Shown: piece after piece, positions 54,747 through 64,000 of the stretch
How the letters are laid out: every line of letters starts with the position of its first letter
Numbering within the stretch: the first letter of the stretch is position 1
Source: the human T2T-CHM13v2.0 reference genome, Homo sapiens
Length of the DNA: 64,000 nucleotides
Strand: one strand, 5' to 3'
NCBI RefSeq assembly: GCF_009914755.1
Contig: NC_060945.1
Made by a program: the position numbers and the translations under genes
The notes under the pieces: generated by a model
Databases searched by the model: none
The model's input: the letters and a program-made list of their open reading frames with translations, nothing else
Told to the model about the DNA's origin: nothing

Positions 54747-55156
54747 TGTATTAGTCCATTCTTGCACTGCTATAAAGATATCCCTGAGATTGGGTAATTT
54801 ATTAGGAAAAGAGGTTTAACTGGCTCCCAGTTCTACGGGTTGTACAGGAAGCATGATGCTGGCATCTGCTCGGATTCTGAGGAGGTCTCAAGAAACTTAC
54901 AGTCATGGCAGAAGGCACAGGGGAAGCAGGCTTGTCTTACATGGCTGAAGCAGCAGTAAGAGCAAGAGAGGGCGTTGGTGCCACGTACTTCTAAAGGACC
55001 AAATCTCACAAAAACTCACTCACTATCACCAGAACAGCACTAAGGGGGAAATTCACCCCGATGATCCAATCACCTTCCATCAGGCCCCACCTCCAATACT
55101 GGGGATTTATGATTTGACATGAGATTTTGGTGAGGACACAGATCCAAACTGTATCA
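54747..55156 (-). mobile_element. MSTA solo LTR
   Basis: tgtattagtcc...aaaagaggtttaa...atgatccaatcacc...gacacagatccaaactgtatca; perfect TSD gacat. Confidence 0.92.
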
Positions 55157-56637
55157 GACATGGATAACAAATCAGAAATACAAAAGCCCACCACACATGA
55201 AAATTGTTTGAAAATTCTTTTTCAAGTATCTTAAGTCAAAAGAAAATAAAAACTGAAATTTCATCTGGGATACGATAAAAGTAATTATCACAGGGACAAT
55301 TGATATTTACAAAAGGTTATATTAAATTAAAAATAAAAATTAACATATAACTCGAAAGCTTAGGAAAAATACAAAATGAAGGTGGAAGAAAAAATAGAAA
55401 TTAATAGATCAGCATCAAAATAGTGTTACATTTAGTACCTTAATTTTAAAGCCAGTTATTTAAGTAAAACACTAGAATAATTAAACAGCCATAATAATCA
55501 GAAATAAGAAAGAACATATAACGCAAATACACAATTATTATGAGAAAGTAACCACTTATATTTTAGATGTTTAAAGAAGCTTAGCAACAACTTTGCTGAA
55601 AACTACAAAAACAAATTGATATCCTGAATGAAACAGACAATTTTGTATGAACATATATTCCTCTAAGAACTTCTAGTAAAATAAAAATAATAACTATTTA
55701 AACCATTCATTAAAAAAGAGAATTTTTTCAATTCCACAAAACCCTCAAGGTGCAGATAGTATTCACATTTTGAGATAATATTGACATTTTAAGAAACATA
55801 AATTTCTACAGCTATTCAAACCATTTCGGAAAAGAAAAAGAAAGAATTTTTCATTTTTTTCTGAAGCTTGCATAGCATAGATGCCCAAATTCTTCAAGTT
55901 GTAAAAAAATAGAAAACAATAAACCAATTAATTAATATGTCAGAAAAATGCCAGGCATTGACAAATATAAACCAGAAGCATATTAAAACAATAATGACAA
56001 GGAACAATTTTTTTCTCCTCACCAATGCAAAATAGATTAATATTTGGCTAAGAAAATATACAAAATTTACATATCTGTCTATCCCATTTTAATAAAAATT
56101 TAACATCCATTCATAACAAAATAAAATCAATCAAATATGAATAAATAGTTCTGTAATGAAATTAAATTATTAGAAAATATGATAATGTGTATGAACAGAC
56201 AGGTAAATGGGTGAAAATGGTACATCCAGAAATGTACCTAAATAGCTATAGGAATTTAGTATATGGTAAAGGTCAGGAAGTAGATTGTTATAAATGGAGG
56301 ATAGTTTTCTGGAAAAACAAATAAACTCGAATTCCCTATCCATTCCAAATGGAAGAAAACTTGAAAGGTAGAAAATAGAGTCATAAAAGTGACAGAAGAA
56401 ATCATGAGGATTGCTTCGTAATCTCATAGTGGATGAGACTTTCTTAACTATAACCAAATGGTGCAAAGCTAAAAATGACACGTTTGCCTACATGCAAATC
56501 AAACCGTTTATGACCTTACAAAAATCAAAATATTCTACATGAGAACACAAGTCATCAAAAGCAAGGACAATTTGTAAAATGATAAAATTATTTGTAACAC
56601 ATAACTGAGACAATTATGTAATTATAAAAACCTCCTT

Positions 56638-57059
<422 letters not shown>

Positions 57060-57241
57060 TCAACCTCCTAATAACAAATAAATAAATGGAAAAAAACTGG
57101 TATGATTTTCCACCTATCAGATAGACAGAAACACCAGTGTTGGGTATTACTACGTTGACAGTATGTAGTAGAAGATGCACTCTCATATACTGGTGATGGA
57201 ATTGCAAAACGCTGCAAACACTTCAAAGGCAAAACATCTTT

Positions 57242-58536
57242 ATTCCTTTTGTTTCCACCTTTATTTTAGGTTCGGGGGTACATGTGCAGTTTTGTTACAT
57301 GGGTAAATTGCATGTTGCTGAGGCTTAGTGTATGAATGATCCTTTCACCAAGATAGTGAGCATAAGAGCCCATAAGTAATATCCCAACTCATGCCTCTCT
57401 CCCACCCTCTCCCCTTAAACAGTCTGCGGTGCCAATTGTTCCCATCTTTGTGCCCACGTGTATTCAATGTTTAGCTCCCAATTATAGGTGAGAACCCTGT
57501 GGTACGGTATTGGATTTCTGTTCCTACATTAATTTACTTAGGATAAGGGCCTCCAATTGCATCCATGTTGCTGCAAAGAACATGATTTTGTTATATTTTG
57601 TGGCTGCATAGTAGCCCACGGTGTATACGTACCACATTTTCTTTATCCAGCCCACTGTTGATGAGCATCTTGGTTGAATGCGTGTCTTTGCTACTGTGAA
57701 TAGCATTGTGATGAACATACACGTGCATGTGCCTTTTTGATGGAACAATTTATTTTTCTTTGGTATATACCCAGTAGTGAGATTGCTGGGTCAAGTGGTA
57801 GTTGTTTTCAGTTCTTCAAGAAATCTTCACACTGCTTTCCACAGTAGCTAGACTAATATACATTCCCACCAGCAGTGTATAAGTGTTTCCTTTTCTCTGC
57901 AGCCTTGCCAGCATCTGTTGTTTTTGACTTCTTGATCATAGCCACTGTGATTGGTGTGGGATGGTTTCCCATGGTGATTTTGATTTGCATTTCTCTAATG
58001 ATTGGTGGGGATGAGCATTTTTTCATATATTTGTTGGCCACATGTACATTTTCTTTTCAGAAGTTTCTGTTCATGTCCTTTATTCATTTTTCAATGGGGT
58101 TATTTATGTTATTTTGCTTGCTGGTTTAAATTCTTTACAGATTCTCGATATTAGACTTTTGTTGAATGCATACTTTGTGAATATGTTCTCCCATTTTGTA
58201 GGTTGTCTGTTTGTTTGATTAATAGTTTATTTTCTTGTGTAGAAGCTCTTTTGTTTAATTAGGTCCACTTGTCAATTTTTGTTTTTGTTGCAATTGCTTA
58301 CGGGAACTTAGTCATAAATTCTTTGCCAGGGCCAATTTTTGGAATGGTTTTTCCTAGGTTTTCTTCTACAGTTTCTATTGTTTTCAATCTTACATTTAAG
58401 TCTTTACTACATTTTGATTTAATTTTTGTATATGATGAAAGGTAGGGGTACAGTTTCAATCTTCTGCATATGGCAAGCTAGTTACTCCAGCACCATTTAT
58501 TGAATAGGTAGTCCTTTCCCCATTGTTATTTTCAAC
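57242..58536 (-). mobile_element. L1PA15/16-type LINE-1, 3' (non-inverted) segment
   Basis: antisense 3' UTR and ORF2 C-terminus (ORFs 57524-57748, 57853-58041). Confidence 0.92.
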
Positions 58537-59919
58537 CTAGAATTAATGAATAAATTCCTGGAAACACACAGACTCCTAAGATTGAACCAGAAAGAAATTA
58601 CAGACCAATAACATACTCCAAAATGGAATCAATAATGACAAGCCAGCCATGCCAAAAAACAAAAACAAAAACAACCATGGACCAGAAGGATTAACAGCCA
58701 AATTCTACCAAATGTATAAAGAAAACCTAGTACCAATCCTACTGAAATTATTCCAAAAACCCAAGGAGTAGGGGCTCCTCCATAAATCATTCTATGAAGC
58801 CAGCATTATTCTAATACCAAAGCCTGGCAAAGACACAATGGAAAAAAGAAAATTTCAGGCCAATATCCCTGCTGAAGATAGACCCAAAAATTCTCAACAA
58901 AATTTAGGATCTAGAAGCACATCAAAATTTAATTCACCATGAATCAATAGGCTTAATTCCTGAGATGCAAGGTTGGTTCAATATATGAAAATCAATAAAT
59001 GCTATTCACCATATAAACAGGATTAGCAACAAAAATTTCATGATCATCTCAATAAACACAGAAAAGGCCTTCAGTAAAATTCAATATCCCTTCATGTTAA
59101 TAACCCCCAACAAATCAGACATTAAGGGAACATACCTCAAAATAGTAAAAGCCATCTATAACAAACCCACATTCAACACCATACTAAATAGAGAAAAGCT
59201 GGAAGCATTCCCTTTGAGATGTGGAACAAAACAAAAATGCCCAGTTTCACCACTCCTATTCAACATATTATTGGAAGTCCTTGCCAGAGCAATCAGGCAA
59301 GAGAAAAAAAATAAAAGAATTTCAAATAGGAAGAGAGGAAGTTGAACTATTTCTCTTTGCAGACAGTATAATTCTATACATAGAAAACCTCATAGACCCC
59401 ACCAGAAGGATTTTAGAACTTATAAACAACTTCAGTAAAGTTTCAAGATACACAATCAACGTCCAGAAATTAGTAGCTTGTCTATACACCAATAACATCC
59501 AAGCTTAGAGCCAAATCAAGAATGCAATATCATTTATAATAGCCATAAAGAAAATGAAATACCTAGGAATACAGCTACCCAAAGAGGTAAAAGAGCTCTA
59601 CAAGGGGAGCTACAAAACACTGCTGAAAGAAACCAGAGAGAACACAGACAAATGGAGAAACATTCCATGCTCATGAATAGGAAGAATCAATATCATTAAA
59701 ATGGCCATACTGCCCAAAGCAATTTACAGACTGAATGTTATTCCTACCAAACTACCAATGTCATTTTTGAGATAACTAGAAAAAACTATTCTAAAATTCA
59801 TATGAAACCATAAAAGAGCCTACATCACCAAACCAATGGAAAAGACACATAGACCAATGGAAGAAGATATAGAACCCAGAAAAAAGTCACAGACCTACAA
59901 TTACTTGATCTTCAAAAAA
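58534..59919 (+). mobile_element. Inverted 5' segment of the same L1 (ORF2 reverse-transcriptase region, disrupted)
   Basis: [43 protein letters not shown]; frameshifts and stops. Confidence 0.92.
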
Positions 59920-60654
59920 AAAATATCTTTCAAAACAACAAATACACCCTTTGACTCAGGCAAAACCCATTGGGGAGTGTATAGTTAAATTATACTTACA
60001 GTTTTGAAAGGATACATGAGCATATCAACAGAAGTAAAGACAGAGTAGAAGGGATATAGGAATAAACTGCATGTAACTACAGAAAAGACAGGGAAATAAT
60101 GAGGAAATCAGAAAAAATAAGCTCCAAAATATTGCTAAAGGAAAATGGAAGGATAATGACTATTGTATATAGTATGCTTTTTTATATAAAAATACAAATA
60201 TATGTATCTATGTACCCATCATCCATCCATCTATTATCTATCTATCCATGAATGTCAATAAAATATCTCTGAAAAAAACCATAAAAGAATAGATCTTTAT
60301 TTACCTTTTGAATTTTAATGTGTCACCTCATTAAAATTAGGAAGGAAGTCAATAAAATTTAGTCAAAACTTTTTATATAATTTTTTTCTAGATTGAGCAA
60401 ATGAAATGCAATACAAATGATTTCTCTTTCAATGACATTACAGATTATTGCTTGATGATAGTTGTGCATCCAATTCTGCCAAGAATATGTTCCTCATATT
60501 TCATATGCTTTATTCCTAGAGTTTCATATGGGAATAGGAAAACAGCAAGTGCAGATGTTGAATCAGATATAGGGAGACACAGAGTCACCTTGAGACATGT
60601 GAAGCCAAGGGTGAGCCTACAGGCCTCTAGATCTTAGGGTTGACTTATCAAGCC

Positions 60655-60740
60655 GAAGAAGTGTGACTGTGTGACTTAGTCCTAGTCACATGTCCTCTCC
60701 AACAACTTCAGTTTCTCCATCCGATAATGAAGATTATACC
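60655..60740 (+). mobile_element. MIR fragment
   Basis: ctgtgtgactt...cttcagtttctccatc.gataatg. Confidence 0.55.
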
Positions 60741-60923
60741 CCGCCCCCAACCCACACACATAGTCAAATCAATGTCGAGCTTGTAGGGAGGCTGAGCAGT
60801 ATCCCAGTGAGTTATAGCAGTCAGAGGCCCTGAGGAGGCAGAGAAGAGCAGGAAAGAGCTGAACGTGAAAGCTCAGGAATCCATTAGGCAGTGCAAATTT
60901 AAGTATAAGAAACTGGAGAGTTG

Positions 60924-61286
<363 letters not shown>

Positions 61287-61469
61287 TTAACTGACAGACA
61301 AGAATAATCAGGTATAAAAGTCAAATTCCTAAGGAATGGTTTTTTAATGACCAACAATTCATTTACCCATCTTTCGAGCAAACACTTGGGTGTCAAAGAA
61401 TCTTTGTCTTGGCAATTTCAAAGTTAAAAAATCATATATACACATAATTTTTCTATCAAGTAGCTGATA

Positions 61470-61592
61470 AAATATAATTATATATACAATTATAATTAAC
61501 ATTTAATTATAATTATATATAATTATATATACTTTATATATATAATTATATATTATATATTATATACATATATATACACTATATATATATGC
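61470..61592. repeat. AT-rich (TA)n-like low complexity
   Basis: direct reading. Confidence 0.9.
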
Positions 61593-62605
61593 ATGTATTA
61601 TCTTTTTAAAGCCTCTTTAATAGCTTAGCATTCCATGGCTTTTCACCGTTGATCCTCAAAATAGATTCCCCGTTTTAACTACAAATTCTCTAAATTGATA
61701 TTATTCTTTAGTACTTTAAAGAAAATTACTACATATTTATTACATCACATGACTTTTCCTTCAATGCATGCATTTTTTCTCACCTTTTATTATTTTTGAT
61801 ATAATATATTGTTCTACATTATGTGTTTGAAAGCTGTGTTTTCTGCTTTCAATGCTACATGAATTAATGTAAAATATACCAATCTAAAATGTAACATGTT
61901 ACAACAATTACATTTATCACATGAAGCCATAAAAAAGTTATATTTATTATTCACCTAAGAAATATTTTATAAACATGTGCCTGCAGGAGCCCAGTATTTT
62001 GTATACTAAGAAGCAAATGTGAATTACTGAAAGGCAGACAACTGTGAAAATATTTTTCTCTTATGATTGAGTTCTGTTCACATCACTGATTTATTTGTAG
62101 CATAAAGATAAAGAAGAATTCAAAATCCATATCAAATGAGAATCAACTGGATCTAGTTAAGGTGAAAAACAAAAAGTATTTAATAAACAAATTGTTTCAA
62201 GGACACACAAAAAAACAGGAGAAAATTCTCATGAGATTTACTTCTTTTATTCATTTTGTAAATTGAGTACTAATCTTCTTTGTATATATACCACATTCTT
62301 AGAAAACAATGGTTTCATTTCAAAGTGTGGGCTTTTTTTCGTTTAAATTTGAATGTATAAAAGTTTTTAGGGCCTTATTTTCACAAAGATACTTCAGCAG
62401 AGTTAAATATATGATAAATATCCAACGAATTCCTATTTTACTCAGATTTTTTGAAATGTGTAGCTTCTACATGAGGAGGTCAATATGTCAATATTATGAG
62501 AAGAATTGTGATATGATTGGAGATCAACCATTTTGAGTCAAACTCCCCAACAGCTTCAATTTCTCTATTTAAGAGTGAAGATGAGAATATCATAGGTAGA
62601 TCAAT

Positions 62606-62644
<39 letters not shown>

Positions 62645-62663
62645 GAGATATACACACACACAC
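62606..62663. repeat. (GATA)9 plus short (CA)n STR
   Basis: direct reading. Confidence 0.95.
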
Positions 62664-63193
62664 TCAAATCAATGTCAAGTACATAAGCAACTATAAAGAG
62701 GCTATAACAATAACAATCAAAAAATTGGCAAATATTCATTAAATGCCAGTTATGTGTCAGGCATATTATTATAATAGTCACTATTATTTTGGCATAAATT
62801 AACATTTTACACAAAATAGATGTCACTTTTTAAAGGTATTATCAGTGAGAATTTCCTTTTGGAAAAGCTAGGGAGTTTATTTTTATGAGAACTCTTAAGA
62901 ATATCAATTGTGTTTTAGCAAATAAATTGTTCTGGGCATCCAAATTCAAAGTAAAATGTGAAAGATTTGATAATTCATTGAATTATAATCAACAAATTAT
63001 GTCCAGAAGACATAAAGGAAGGGAAGAGCAAATTGGAAGCAGTAAGTATGGTAGTTGTTGAAGAAATAAGCAAATGCACGTTGGACTGAAATGTTAAGCA
63101 CTGATTACTGGAAACAATATGGAAGTTAATTAATTTCTTTAGAATATTGTTAAAATGATTCAGATTACAGAGGAACAGTGGGTAAATTTTAGT

Positions 63194-64000
63194 ATTTTTT
63201 TGTTATATTTTAAGTTCTGGGAAACATGTGCAGAACGTGCATGTTTGTTACATAGATATACACGTGCCACGGTGGTTTGCTGCATCCAGCAACCTGTCAT
63301 CTACATTAGGTATTCTCCTAATGCTATCCCTCCCCTAGCCCCCGACACCAGACAGGCCCCAGTGTGTGATGTTCCCCTCCCTGTGTCCATGTGTTCTCAT
63401 TGTTCAACTCCCACTTATGAGTGAGAACATGTGGTGTTTGGTTTTCTGTTTCTGTGTTAGTTTGCTGAGAATGATGATTTACAGCTTCATCCATGTCCCT
63501 ACAAAGGACATGAACTCATCCTTTTCTGTGGCTGCATAGTATTCCATGGTGTATATGTGCCCATATTATTAATGGGCATTTGGGTTGGTTCCAAGTCTTT
63601 GCTATTGTGAATAGTGCTACAAGAAACATATGTGTGCATAAGTCTTTATAGTAGGATGATTTATAATCCTTTAGGTATCTACTCAGTAATGGGATTGCTG
63701 GGTCAAATGGTATTTCTTGTTCTAGATCCTTGATGAATCACCACACTGTCTTCCACAATGGTTGAACTAATTTACACTCCCACACACTGTGTAAAAGTCT
63801 TCCTATTTCTCCACATACTCTCCAGCATCTGTTGTTTCCTGACATTTTTAATAATCGCCATTATAACTGGCATGAGATGGTATCTCATTGTGGTTTTGAT
63901 TTGTATTTCTCTAATGACCAGTGACTCTGAGATTATTTTCATACGTTTTTTGGCCACATAAATGTCTTCTTTTGAGAAGTGTCTGTTCATATCCTCCCAC
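63194..64000 (-). mobile_element. L1PA7-like LINE-1 3' end, continuing past the window
   Basis: gtcatctacattaggtat..tcctaatgctatccctcccctagcccc 3' UTR; ORF2 C-terminus MNRHFSKEDIY. Confidence 0.93.

Noticed and set aside
59040-59508. ORFs with reverse-transcriptase motifs
   Set aside because: Frameshifted L1 ORF2 remnants of a dead retrotransposon, not a functional CDS or a novel RT system

Overview
AT-rich, repeat-dense primate (catarrhine/hominoid-type) genomic DNA, probably intergenic or deep intronic. No intact protein-coding gene, structural RNA gene or CRISPR array is supported. The ORF track is explained by Alu, L1, LTR, simple-repeat and chance ORFs. Recognisable content: about 13 Alu/FLAM copies (J, S and Y types), several L1 3' ends (L1PA7 to L1PA16, L1PB, L1MA, L1MC/D), a long degraded ancient L1M, many ERVL-MaLR/ERVL LTRs, an ERVL internal (dUTPase-region) remnant, hAT transposons (MER81, MER20, MER45A), L2/MIR relics and microsatellites. 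Most notable observations: a twin-primed 5'-inverted L1 (57242-59919); two AluY copies sharing non-consensus diagnostic bases; a CpG-retaining promoter-like patch with CCAAT/CRE motifs next to a CpG-rich Alu (~50640-51110); a near-consensus CTCF site (25065-25082); a fold-back hairpin inside an old L1 (20500-20632); and a few candidate small exons. I do not see a convincingly new biological system. Subfamily names come from recalled consensus sequences and need RepeatMasker/Dfam confirmation; boundaries of old elements are approximate.
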